This document shows positions 12,845 through 26,431 of a stretch of DNA of 64,000 nucleotides, piece after piece (positions within the stretch are counted from its first letter, which is position 1; each line of letters opens with the position of its first letter). The notes beneath the pieces are model-generated. The model searched no databases. It was given only the letters and a program-made list of their open reading frames with translations, and had not been told where the DNA came from. A program made the position numbers and the translations under genes. Source of the stretch: Octopus sinensis (lineage: Eukaryota); the NCBI RefSeq assembly GCF_006345805.1, contig NC_043011.1, positions 57,610,464 to 57,674,463 of the forward strand, given 5' to 3'.

Positions 12845-13845
12845 TCAAAGAATATCTTTAATGGTTTGAGCTGGGAACATTGCTGTGGTTATGGCCATTG
12901 ATGGATTTTTGAGATTAGTGAGACAGACGGGATTAACATTTAAAATGAGCGTTACGCAAACAAATTTTGCAGGGAATTCCTGTGCAATAAAGGGATTCTG
13001 TTGGGACAACGTTCTGTAGAAGGCTTCTAACATAGCAAGATCAGGGAGGGAAGAGGACGTGTCATGAATGGTGCGATGAGGAGAGATCAATGTAGTGGAC
13101 ACGAAACCAACCAGTTTGGAGTTTTAGTGGCTACAACCGTGGCGCTAAGATATGCAGAGCTACGAGACAGATAACCTGAATCAGAATTTGGTGTGTTTTA
13201 ATGAGTGGGTGTATAAGAATTAATCAGTTGGCCTGTATTTTTAAAGAGGTCTTGGATGTCTATGCATGTAGTTTCAACAGCCTCACAGATGTGGGGGGCA
13301 ATGCCCCTTCGTAGGCCTTTCATAGATCTGTTGTAGCTTGAGATGTTTCTGGCTCTGGATAGGAAACCCAGTTTATAATACAGAGTTTGCTAAGTTGAGA
13401 TTACATTTTCGCCATAAGATAGCATCAGTTATGGAGAGGCTTATCATCTGAAGCGGCCTTACGAGTCCTAGAGCTGACCTGCTCGTCTTTATTATTAATG
13501 CCTTCTCAATTCGTATAATGATCATGAAACCACTAAGACTGTTATAGCTCCGTTTGAGGATACTTTCGAATTCCCCGTGTATTCATGGCCGATTTGATGT
13601 GAGGCGTCTATGTTGCCGCAGTATGACGCTTAGTTGTTGTGTAAGACAAGAGATCCTCTGCCGCTGGGAAGAACATCTTAAAATGTTTCGATGTTACTGG
13701 TGATTTCAGATGGTTGCAAATATTGGATAATAAGTAAATATCACATTAGTTGTTTTACGGGGAGAGAAAATGTGATATACGTTTGAAAATCTGTATTTCA
13801 TTATGGTTGACAATGGTGTCGGATTTAAAATGATGGCGTCTTTTC
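12845..13845 (-). other. Candidate endogenous RNA-virus element: degraded Mononegavirales-like L protein (PRNTase/capping domain) fragment
   Basis: Repeat-free, less AT-rich stretch. Conceptual translation with frameshifts gives KTSRSALGL, YERPTK/GIAPHICE, SAYLSAT, PNWLV/STTLISPHRTIHD and PDLAMLEAFYRTLS, in the order and approximate spacing of the rhabdovirus L motifs as I recall them. No alignment was run. Confidence 0.5.
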
Positions 13846-14129
13846 ATATAAACAACAATTTCAAAGGAAGGTAAATAATTGCTGTCATATTTTTAAAGAT
13901 TCGTGACAACTTGAGAAATTATCTTCAATAAACAACACATGGTCGTTTTTAGAAATTTTATAAATGGAAATGAAAGTTTCAAAGACGTAGAATTATTAGT
14001 ATGATATTTAAAGTTGTGGTAGAAAAAAAAAGATAAAGAAAAAAAAGGAAAAACATATGTAGAAGGATAATATATATATATATATATATATATAAATATA
14101 TGATATATATATATATATATATATATATA

Positions 14130-14185
<56 letters not shown>

Positions 14186-14235
14186 ATATAATATATATAT
14201 AGGTGTGTGTGTGTGTATATATATATATAATATAT

Positions 14236-14266
<31 letters not shown>

Positions 14267-15407
14267 CTAATATATATAAATCATGGTTGTGTTAAAATTC
14301 AGACTCACTAACACTCGAAGGTATTATGGAATGGATCATGGTTCTGAAATCAGAATGCAGAATGGCAACAGAAGAAAGAAAAGTAAATGGACTTTCAGTT
14401 AGCCTCAAATCCATCCATCCATCCATTTATCTGTGCATCAATTATCATATATATATAAAATATATATATAAAAATGTGTGTATATTTATATATGCGTACA
14501 TTTGTGTTCGTATACATATGTTTATTACATACGTACGAACGCAAACGTACACATAGCACTCCCATTTGAAACCTTGTTTGTATGAACACAGTCTCGATTT
14601 TACTCCAACAGAACTGTCGTATATTTATGTCGCTGGAAATAAAGTTCGATTAAAGTATTGTGTTTTAAAAGCAAATATCTGTTTGAAGTCTAAATTATGA
14701 TCTAATAAAAGCAACGTAAAACTTATTTATGGCGTGTTAAGTCTCAGATTTAATCACACACTCTGCGTACAGCCATACTTTAGCTTTTCCCTAATGAATA
14801 TATACATACGTATATATATATACGTATATATATACGTATATATGTATTATTATATATATAAGTATATATATAATATATATATAATATATATATATAGATA
14901 TATAATTATATATATATATATGTATATATATTATATATATGTATGTATATATATATATATACATATATGTGTGTGTGTGTTTGGGTGTATGCATATTTTG
15001 GTAATTATTATGTATGCACACATACACATACATATATGTGTATACATATATTTATACGTGTGTGTGTATATGTGTGAAAGTGGGTGGCAGAGTGATGACG
15101 GCTTTGCACTCATCATCGCTAGATCGTGAATTCCACTTCCGAACCGGGCAGGTTCGTTGCGTTCTTGTGCAAAACAACCACTTTTTTGCCCCAGGTGTCT
15201 CAGTTCACTCAATTGCAAATGGTTAACCTTACAACAGACTGTCTTTCTGATCAGCGGTAATGTTGGTCTCCCCGCCCAGACAGCGGTGTGGAATCATCCG
15301 AAAGCTAAAACAAGTCAGGCGCATAGCGACCATCTATAGTCTGGTCGATCACGTGATATACGCACGTATATAAATATATATATATATATATATACCTTTA
15401 TATATAT

Positions 15408-15824
15408 TACTCTTTTTACTCTTTTACTTGTTTCAGTCATTTGACTGCGGCCATGCTGGAGCACCGTCTTTAGTCGAGCAAATCGACCCCGGGACTTATT
15501 CTTTGTAAGCCCAGTACTTATTCTATCGGTCTCTTTGGCCGAACTGCTAAGTGACGGGGACGTAAACACACCAGCATCGGTTGTCAAGCAATGCTAGGGG
15601 GACAAACACAGACACACAAACATATAAAGACACTTATGTATATATATATATACATATATACGACAGGCTTCTTTCAGTTTCCGTCTACCAAATCCACTCA
15701 CAAGGCATTGGTCGGCCCGGGGCTATAGCAGAAGACACTTGCTCAAGATGCCACGCAGTGGGACTGAACCCGGAACCATGTGGTTGGTTAGCAAGCTACT
15801 TACCACACAGCCACTCCTGCGCCT
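15408..15824 (-). mobile_element. tRNA-derived SINE family A, full length
   Basis: Near-identical (reverse complement) to 39672-40088. Confidence 0.92.
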
Positions 15825-15877
15825 ATGTATTATATATATATATATATATATATATACGTATTATATATATATATACG

Positions 15878-15939
<62 letters not shown>

Positions 15940-16479
15940 AAAGGAAGCACATTCTAAAGAAGAGTCATTAAGTATTGAAAGTTAAAAGTTCTGGTCATAG
16001 ATTGACCAATGCTTTCGTACTCACGAGAGCTATAGCCTTGTGGACAACTCATATGACATGCACACCCATACGCACGCGCACACACACACATATATTTATA
16101 CATACATACGTATATATATATAGACAGATAAATACATCTATATATATTCGGCGCATATATTTATATATGTATGTGTAGATATGTGTGTATGTGGATATAT
16201 ACATACATATATATATATGTTTGCATATATATATATATATATATATATAATATGCATATGGATATATACATATATATTTATATATGTTTATATTATGTTA
16301 TATAATATATATATATATGTGTGTGTGTGTGTGGGTGTGGGTGGGTGTACAGAGTGCGTAAGATATTTGGGCACAGATTTATGTTTATAAAAAAAGCCAG
16401 CTATATAATAACAGATAATAAATAACTTTATCAAAAATGCTCTGAGGATAAAAATAAAGATTCTTTTCCATGATGTTAT

Positions 16480-17260
16480 TCAATAAGGCCACCATCATCT
16501 TCAACAACGCTCCACATGTTATAGGCCAAGGGTCTGAGATCTAGGGAATAAGGAGGTCAAATGTTAGGGGTTATAAGATCATGAAAACTTTCAGCCATCC
16601 ATTCCTTTGTTACTAGAGCCGTGTGTAATAGGGAAGAGTTTTACTGAAACACATATGACCTTCCATTGCATACACTGTCTATCCAGAGCTTAACAATTAT
16701 TTCCAGTACCTCAATGTAGGCGGCAGACTTAACTCTAAGTCATTGTGGAAAGAAGTCAGGAGGCATCGCATGTCCTTCATTGCTGACAACCCCTAAAACC
16801 ATAACAGTTGCAGGAATTTTGTATGCATAACACTTGGAACTTCAGAAGGGTCTGCACATAACGATCTATCGTTTCTTCTGCTAACCTTTTGTTCTTGGTC
16901 GAAGTTTTTTTTTGTTAGAGAAAAACCAAAACAAATCTTCTGCTGGATTTTTCAGTCTGTTTAAGAGCTTTTTAGATCTGATGTAGTGATTTTCTTTTGC
17001 TTTTTTCTGACAAATTGACCTTTCGTCATCATATAAGACTTATAACTGATGTCTTCGTGGACAACTGTTCCTTTTGACACTTGGAAATCTTTTGCAATTG
17101 AACTCATGGACTTTCTGCGATTGTAGTCAGTGGTCAGTTGAGCTTGCTGGATAAATTCAGGTGTTCGGATGATTTTGGAGCATTTAGAACCATTTTTATG
17201 TTTTGATACTGGTGATACGTTTCCATCGTCAGTCTCTGTTTGCAGTTCCTAGAAATTTAT
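16480..17260 (-). mobile_element. Degenerate IS630-Tc1-mariner transposase, maT/DD37D-like
   Basis: Minus translation with stops: WFFSNKKNFDQEQKVSRRNDRSLCADPSEVPSVMHTKFPATVMVLGVVSNEGHAMPPDFFPQ...YIEVLEIIVKLWIDSVCNGRSYVFQ...PPYSLDLRPLAYNMWSVVE. Element ends are not resolved. Confidence 0.8.
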
Positions 17261-17851
17261 TTACGTTTAACAGTACTTTGTGAATTTAGCACTAAAACAC
17301 ACAGAGTTTTACTTTAAAATAGAAAAGCTGTCTTCTTATTTTTGTTCTCTGCTGTAATGATGAACAAGAGCGGCAGAACGATTTGCACCAAAGTATTTCC
17401 TCGTAAGCGGACTTTCTAAAATGCCTTCTGGGGCCATCTCACTCAAATGGCTTTAACATCACATTCTGTCCGTTCTGTATTTTAACTATTTCTAAGTCCC
17501 CACTGCGACATTGCTAGATATTGGTTAACCCTATAACGAGTTCATTCTTAACATTTCTGCTGTTTGTTCTGCTCGTATTCTCCTAGAGCATTCCCATTAT
17601 GATAGCAAGTTATGAGGCAACAATCTGCTCTTCGAAGACACGAGCTTGTACGCCAGTTTTCTTAAATCACATATTAAGAAGAAGCACTAAGAGTCACCTT
17701 TCATGAACGCACTTAAATATATTCTTGCATAGATATTTAGTCACAGAGAAACATATACACATACACATAGACATACGAACATATATACAGATGTATGTAT
17801 GTATATATATCTATATAAATGTATATATATTATATGTATATTATATATATA

Positions 17852-17890
<39 letters not shown>

Positions 17891-18059
17891 CTGTATATAT
17901 AATATATATTTATGTATATATGTATGTGTGTAATATATATATATAGGTGTATATATACTGTACATGTATGTATATATTTATGCATATGTATGTGTATATA
18001 TATATATATATATACATGCACACACATACACATATATATATACTGTATATGTATCTATA

Positions 18060-18114
<55 letters not shown>

Positions 18115-18660
18115 AGTGTGTATGGGTACACGATGACAAGGACAAGATTTATTTTTTGTATTTTTTATCTCATTATTTCTTTCCTTATTCAACTATGTTT
18201 TGGCTTATTGCACGACATAACGGGCAAACGTTTTGGATTATCCTGGAGACATTATTATAATTCGTTCTAGAATATTCCACAGAAAAATAGATTGATTTAT
18301 TTATCAACAGCAATATATACTCACAGGCATTCGACTTCTGACTAGTTTGATAAGTACCAAAGCACGAAACTCTCGGGCCTAGAGTCACTCTGTTCCGCTA
18401 AATATTAATAAAAAGATATTTATACTCGTATTTTCAGGTCTATTTCTCTCGTTTGCACCAACATACCTATACACACACACACACACACACACATACATAC
18501 ATATATATATACAACAGAAAACTGCATGCGCATATACACATATGCATACCCATACATATTCCTTACCACACACGTATGCAAACGCATATACACATACATG
18601 TAATTTTTTTTAATACGCAAAACAATACAACCACGCATGCATATAAAATATCTATTTATA

Positions 18661-19060
18661 TAGGCGCAGGTGTGGCTGTGTAGTAAGAACCGTGCTCCCC
18701 AACCACATGGTCCCCAGTTCAGTCCCTCTGCGTGGCACCTTGGGCAAGTGTCTTCTACTATAGCCTCGGGCCGACCAAAGCCTTGTGAGTGGATTTGGTA
18801 GACAGAAACTGAAAGGATTCCGTCGTATATATATATACATATATGTGTGTCTGTATGTGTGAGTGTGAGTGTTTGTGTGTGTGTGTTTTCCCCACTATCG
18901 CTTGACAACCGATGCTGGTGTGTTTACGTCCCCGTAATCTAGCAGTTCGGCAAAAGATGCGATAGAATAAGTAGTTGGCATGCAAAGAATAAGATTAAAG
19001 GCGGTGTTCCAATGTAGCCGCAGTCAAAATGACTGAAACAAGTAAAAGAATAAAAAAAAT
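18661..19060 (+). mobile_element. tRNA-derived SINE family A, full length
   Basis: Same head, internal microsatellite and tail as the other copies. Confidence 0.88.
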
Positions 19061-19101
19061 ATAACGAAAGTATATCTATCTATCTATCTATCTATCTATC
19101 C

Positions 19102-19199
<98 letters not shown>

Positions 19200-19509
19200 G
19201 TATACATACATAAACATATATATACATATATATATATATACATACATTTATATTATATACATACACACATATATATACATATATTTATATTATATATATA
19301 CATACACATAAATATACACACACACACACAAAAGTGTTTCTCTGTGTAATCTGTTTTCCTTCACTAAAGAGCCTAAAGTTATGTAACTCACATTTCCTGC
19401 TGCGTCCTATTCCTCATATTTTCTGCATTAAAAGCATTTTAGTCCACAAAAAATTTCTCTAATTCACCATAAAATTGGCAAAAGGAGTGAATGGAATGAA
19501 AAAAAAACG

Positions 19510-20160
19510 CAACAGTAACAACTACTACAACTACAACAAAAACAACAATATAAAGGATTTCAGACCACATCAAACAACGAAGACAGAAAACAACAACAAC
19601 AACAGCAGCAGCAGCGGTAGTGGCAGGAGCAGCAGGAGCAGCAGCATCGCTGAAACTGCTGAAAGAATCTATAAAAACGACAATAACAACAACAATCAGA
19701 AACAACAAAGAAAGTTGAACGACCTAAAATCCCGTCACAAACCACCACCACCACCACCACCACCACCACCACCACCACCACCACCACAACCACCACCACC
19801 ACCACCACCACCACCACAGCCACAACCATCACCACCACAACCTCCAACACCACCTTCACGATCACCACGATCACCGCGATCACCCCCTCACCACCACAAT
19901 CAACACCACTACCGCCACCATCACTACCACCACCTCCACAACGATCACCCCGCTCCCACCATCATTGGCACTACTACCTACACCACCTTAGCTCAATTAC
20001 AAACGCCATAATAACCACCACTATCTACAAAACCAGCAAAGAACAACAAACAAAGCAACTAAAATACTATGAAATGGAACAAATTGTAAGACCGCCGCCG
20101 CCGCCACAGTCAACGCTACAACAACAACAAACACTGCAACAACAATAAAATTCAGCAATA
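19510..20160. repeat. Compound trinucleotide array (AAC/CAG/CAC/CCG)
   Basis: Directly visible. Explains the poly-N/S/P/V ORFs. Confidence 0.9.
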
Positions 20161-20262
20161 ACAACTACAAATATTAAAAAAGTTTTTTCAGAATTCCAAA
20201 ATTTAAAACACGAAACAGATTCACCGAATTATGCACTGGTTCTTGCTTACGCATGTATGGCG

Positions 20263-20347
<85 letters not shown>

Positions 20348-20483
20348 TGGTGCATGTGCGTATGTGTGTGTTTGCGTGTGTGTATAGATAGCTATGTATA
20401 TATAGATATATGTATGCATATATATGTATATATATCGATATATAAATATACATACACATATGTGTATACACACACACATATAT

Positions 20484-20525
<42 letters not shown>

Positions 20526-20579
20526 TATGTATATAAATGTATGTATGTGTATGCATATATATATATATATATTATATGT

Positions 20580-20808
20580 ATTGGTAAAAACGGTAAGATA
20601 ACAAAAGAAAGAAAGCGACCTCAATATTATGTAACTAGAGGAAATTTATCTGTGAAAGTAATATGTGACAATTATTCGGTAGCCAAGATAAAACACTGAG
20701 GTTCGGATGCCGAGGTGGAAATCCACACCACCATCTCTTCAGGTGGATTTACACCTCGGCATCCGAAACTCAGAGTTTAACTTGGCTACCCAATAACTGT
20801 CACATATT
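20580..20808. mobile_element. Short inverted-duplicated Penelope pLTR-like end with a hammerhead-like motif
   Basis: Arms 20660-20726 and 20743-20808 are reverse complements. Minus strand reads CTGAAGA-GATG...CATC-C-GAA(A)C; the plus arm keeps GAAACTCAGAGTTT. Confidence 0.6.
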
Positions 20809-21954
20809 TGTTTTACAGATATATATTATATGTATGTATAAACAGGTGTTTATATATAAGCATACATATATATATATATCAATTTTTGTGTAAATACATA
20901 TATGTAAATATGCATGCATACATACATGTATAAATACATATAAAAATTTATATAAATATATATAAATACATATAGAAATTTATATAAATATATATAAATT
21001 ATATTTCTATAAACTTCTATATTGATCTACTTCATTTCAATTTATTTATTTAGTTAATTTAATCTGGGCTTTAACCATTCCATGAAGAAATCCATGGCAA
21101 CAGCAACTTTCACTTTCCATTTTGACTGTCTTTCCATTTGTATTTTTCATTTTATTAGAAAAAAAGAGAGAAATCAAAACAAACGAAAAACAGCCACCCT
21201 AGAAGCCAGACATTTCCATTAAGCACGGATTTATTTAGTTATATCAAAGAACTGGCGAATGATTTTTGGCTTTCACAGCCTCCTGCTTCCATTTCACGCT
21301 ATCCATCAGAAATGGTTTGGACACAGAATATGTCTTATAACCGCAAGGGATATGTATTTCATTCATTCTTCCTTTTTGAGGCTCACATTTACGTGTACAG
21401 TTTTGTTTTTATTTAGGAATGTGTGCTTCTGCATGTATGTATATATGTATGGTGTTTATGCATGTATAAACATGCGAGAATATACAAGGTGAGTTCAAAC
21501 TGTAGCCACGTTTCTTTTCCGGCCAAAACTAATGTCGCATAGACAAAATCTATTGGGTAGGAAGTGACGGCCTTCATGAAGTCCAAGTCGTGGTTTGCAC
21601 AGTCCAGCTTGTCCTGAATTGTTTCTGCTGCTTTGCCAGCACCTTGGCAATATATATGTCATCTTTAATCGGAAGCAGGACATTTGTAAACTCTGGCCGA
21701 AACCTTGGACACACCATCCGCCACGACAATTCCAACGTATCCGTTCCATTGCTATTCGCAATTAATAAAAGTCTTGTCGATGCAGTCCACCTTGGATTCT
21801 TTTTTCTCAGGGAGACGAAAAGCAAAAAAAGGAGGTTAAATATCGAAGTAGTAAGACTTTTGATGTGGAATAGAAAATGAGCGGCTAAAAATATTAATTT
21901 GCCTGGCATCGCATTAGATAAGTTATTTCATTTTAATAAAATATTTCACTATAT

Positions 21955-22277
21955 AGGCGTAGGAGTGGCTGTGTGGTAAGTAGCTGGCTTACCAACCACA
22001 TGGTTCCGGGTTCAATCCCAATGTGTTGCACCTTGGGAAAGTGTCTTCTAGTATAGTGTAAATGTTTGTGTGTCTGTGTTTGTCCTCCAACATAGCTTGA
22101 AACTGATGCTGGTGTGTTTACGTCCCCGTAACTTAGCGGTTCGGCAAAAGAAACCGATAGAATAAGTACTAGGCTTACAAAGAATAGGTCCTGGGGTTGA
22201 TTTGCTCTACTAAAGGCGGTGCTCCAGCATGGCCACTGTCAAATGACTGAAACCAGTAAAAGAGTAAAGAGAATATA
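21955..22277 (+). mobile_element. tRNA-derived SINE family A with internal deletion
   Basis: Head and tail match the other copies; the middle segment is missing. Confidence 0.85.
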
Positions 22278-23321
22278 GAGTAATGACTTGGCACCAAATA
22301 ATACAAAATTTATTTGAACAATTCTGTTGAATCTGGTTGAAAAATACTTCTTTTGGTTGAAAAATACATATATATGTATGTATCGATAAACACACACATC
22401 CACGCGTGCACAAACATACATAGGTACACTAAATATTCTATTATATGAATTAATTTTCAGAAAAGTCGAGAACATTCTTAACAATGGCTTCGCATTTCAT
22501 ACCATAATTTTCCGAAATTGTCAGGAAGCAATTTGATGTCTCTTCACTAAAATCTTATGTCGAATCGAATTATTTTTCAAGAAGAATTCAAAATAATTTT
22601 ATCAACGATTATGTGTCGTGTCTATCGAAAACTTACAAATTATTGCAATACTAGAAATGCTGAAAAATTTTCCTTGTGATATACGTTTGTTCAGTAAATC
22701 TTGAACTATGTACTATTTTAATGTAAAATGAAATATATTCTTTACAATGGTTCGATAGGAATCTATTTGTACTTCGGATATAACATCTCCGATATATAAA
22801 GTTGGATATATAAGTATATGCCTGACATGAAATACGTAATCACGATGCGACAATCACTCTACTGTGAGTATAATGGCTGGAAGGCGAGCGACGGAAGTGC
22901 AGTTATAATCTTGGTCAAAATGAATTTGGATACCTGCTATCTATATTTACATTCTACTTTTAAGTCTTGCTAATGCTATGTTTGCCTGTGATCGATCTGG
23001 GGTTCGGTAACAAATACCAATAATAATTCACTGTAGCGATCAATTTGATTTGCCGCAAATCAGAAGATGTCAGTCTTTAACACCGACGTTTTGTACCCAA
23101 TTATATTTATACGTACCATTCCCCTTAACAACAACCGTTGATAGGAGAGATCTAATGGATGAACAACGCTGGTCTTTCATACAAACTTGCCCGTTTCTGC
23201 ATCATGGGGAAGGACTCATCAGTGCTGGTTCGATAAGCTCGTCTCACAGAGAATAAAGTAAAACTTTCTAGAAACAGGAAAGAAATATATTGTTTCCTTT
23301 CACCTCAATGCCATGGCCTGA

Positions 23322-23482
23322 GATTTGGGGAGTGGGAGCGAGTCGATTAGACCAACCCCAGTAGTCAGCTGATACTTAATGTATCGACATCAGAAGGAAG
23401 AAATGCAAAGTTGACGTCGGCGGCATTTTGAAAACGGAACTTCAAACCGGAAGCAATATCGCCAAGCATTTTGTCCGATGTG
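23322..23482 (-). mobile_element. SINE family C (degenerate)
   Basis: Similar to 49084-49266. Confidence 0.65.
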
Positions 23483-23689
23483 CTAACATAAGTTTAGGAG
23501 ACATCCAGAGGCTAAAGATTACACATGCCTGCATACCTACACGCACTCGTATACACATAAACAGATAGACACACACACACATACACAACTCCCATGCGCA
23601 AATACACACACGTACATATGTATATATGCATGTGTTTATATCTATGTCTATTCATCTATCTACATAAATGGACAAATTCTTATGCATAT

Positions 23690-23795
<106 letters not shown>

Positions 23796-23961
23796 TGTGT
23801 GTGCATACACACAACTCTGTGTTTATTATCAAATTATAAATGCATACGTATACACATACGCATATACACTCATACGCATATATACATTAATATAAATGAA
23901 CACATATGCATATACACTCACACCACATACACACAGGCGCGCGCATGCCCCCACCTCCCAC

Positions 23962-23992
<31 letters not shown>

Positions 23993-24289
23993 ACATACGA
24001 GCTAAGCCAACGTGAAAGAAAACTTCTCTGTTCGAGTCAAAATTTATGCAACACTGTAGTGTTTATGAATAAACATATCACAATATTTTAAATGTGCAGA
24101 CTTGGATATCAGGAAATATTTCGCATGATCATATCTATAACAAATTCGTTGGCTGAACGTTTGAAAAATAAAAGGAAACAAAATAAATAAAATAAATGAA
24201 TAAATAAGAAAATAAATAGAATTTCTTAGAATTTATTTTGCTGTTCAATTGTCAGCCGAAAACCAAACTTTTAAATCGCTGTTGTCATT

Positions 24290-24390
24290 ATTATTATTAT
24301 TATTATTATTATATTATTATTATATTATTATTATTATCATATTATTATTATTATTATCATATTATTATATTATTATTATCATTATTATTA

Positions 24391-24443
<53 letters not shown>

Positions 24444-24539
24444 TATCATCATTATTATTATTTATTATTATTATCATTATTATTATCAGTATTATTATTA
24501 TCATTATTATTATCATTATTATTATTGTCATTATTATTA

Positions 24540-24578
<39 letters not shown>

Positions 24579-24765
24579 TATCATCATCATCATCACCATC
24601 ATCATCACCATCATCGTCATCATCATCATTATTATCATTATTATTATTATTATTATTATCATCATTATTATTATCATTATTATTATTATCATCATCATCA
24701 TCATTATTATCATTATTGTTGTTGTTGTTGTTGTTGCTGTTGTTATTGTCGTCGTCGTTCCAGTT
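24290..24765. repeat. Compound (TAT/CAT/GTT) trinucleotide array
   Basis: Directly visible. Confidence 0.95.
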
Positions 24766-25451
24766 GTTGGTGTTTTTTTGTGGTTATTTTATCGTCATGA
24801 ATGGAAATTTATTTTATATATGGAAATTTTGTGAAATGTTGAATATTTTTCGGTCAATAATCATTTGAATGGAAGCAAGAATATTCATTGTTGATATGAA
24901 TTTGCAAATAATGGAGGAGATTTTGAAGAAGACCTCGATGTTATTGTCAGTAAGAGATAGAATTTTCCAGAAGTAAGATGGAAATAAAGAACTTATTACC
25001 AAACGAGACCAATTGTATATAAGGGTTTGGTTATTCCATGTAATCGAAGACATTTCTCATAATAAATTATTCAAGAGAAACGACGGCCGAAATGTGCATG
25101 ATGTTGGCTGATTTTTGAAGACTGGTTAGAACCAAGTAGCTAACTCTTTCTCAGATCTCATGATTTTGTCGAAAAATGTGAAAGGAGGCGGAAAATAATG
25201 TGCTCCTGGATGAAACATTGTTTAAAAGGAAGATGGTGGTGATCACTTTGTAAACTCTGTTTTTTTTTTCATTTCGGTTGGCCTGGGTAAAACAAACAGA
25301 ATGTGGGTAGATAGATGCAGAATTTTCAGCGGAGCGGCGTCTAGGCAGGAGGGTCATCTAAAATTTGTTTTGTGCAATAATGTACTTCAGATTACCTTTA
25401 CTAAGATTGGCGGTAAATGAGAAATGAATTGTGAAAGTTAAAATAGGCGGG

Positions 25452-25497
<46 letters not shown>

Positions 25498-25895
25498 TGT
25501 GTGTGTTATTTAGAGAGCAAGAATGAGTGGGCGAGAGAATGGAAGGGCGTGAAAGAGAGAGAGAGAGATAAAGAGAAAAAAGAGACAAAGAGAGAGAGAG
25601 CAATGGGGAATAGATTTAAAGAGAGAAAAAGAAGCAACGATATTGCAAAGGAATGGTGGTTTATATGAAGACAAATTCACAAGAGGAGACTTTTCCGGTT
25701 TAAAAGGACAGAAAGATATGGGGAATTGCCGTGATGATGGCACTATCCAAAGTTCGGACACACACACCGATTTCCTCGAGAGATTTACTTCACTCTTTCT
25801 GTCACCCTCTTTTCAAATTATACAAGTGTTACTGACGCAGGCCAGCAAAACTCTCTTTGGATACATTTTGGTGAAAAAGAGGGCATGAAGCTATT

Positions 25896-26305
25896 ATTGT
25901 TTCATGCTAATTCATTTTATTAAAACCTGTAAGTATTACATCAGTTTTAAAATGTCGAGCAATCTTCAGCCACATATAGAATTTTTCAATTAAACGGACA
26001 ATGCACATTCCTATACTTATTTCATTTGCCACCATTACGAAGAGGGTAGATATATAGACAGAGAAGTTAATTTCACCTGTCAGACGGGGAATGAACATAT
26101 TACCATCATGTTTTTAATGATGAAATTAACTTCTCTGTTTATATACCTATTCTCTTTGTAATGTTAGCAAATGAAATAAGTATAAGAATGTGCATTGTCC
26201 GTTTAATTGAAAAATTCTATATGTGACTGAAGATTGCTCGACATTTTAAAACTAATGTAATACCTACAGGTTTTAATATAATGAAGTAGCATGAAACAAT
26301 TGTAC
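25896..26305. mobile_element. Head-to-head inverted hammerhead-bearing element (Penelope pLTR-like)
   Basis: Arms 25896-26075 and 26121-26300. Right arm: GTGA-CTGAAGA-TTGCT...AGCAT-GAAAC-AATT-GTA. Left arm (minus): GTGG-CTGAAGA-TTGCT...AGCAT-GAAACAAT. Confidence 0.75.
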
Positions 26306-26349
26306 TACTCTACCTTGGATATCCTTGTTGCTTATTTTGAGTATATATA

Positions 26350-26431
<82 letters not shown>

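Noticed and set aside
19475-20011. 178-aa Asn/Ser/Pro/His-rich ORF as a transcription-factor exon
   Set aside because: Entirely compound trinucleotide repeat, like several others in the window; no splice or domain support.
21484-21900. Possible mariner-like end (TACAAGGTGAGTTCAAA)
   Set aside because: No partner TIR and no convincing transposase motif.
23170-23225. CTGATGAGTCC...GAAAC on minus as a hammerhead
   Set aside because: Stem II does not pair.
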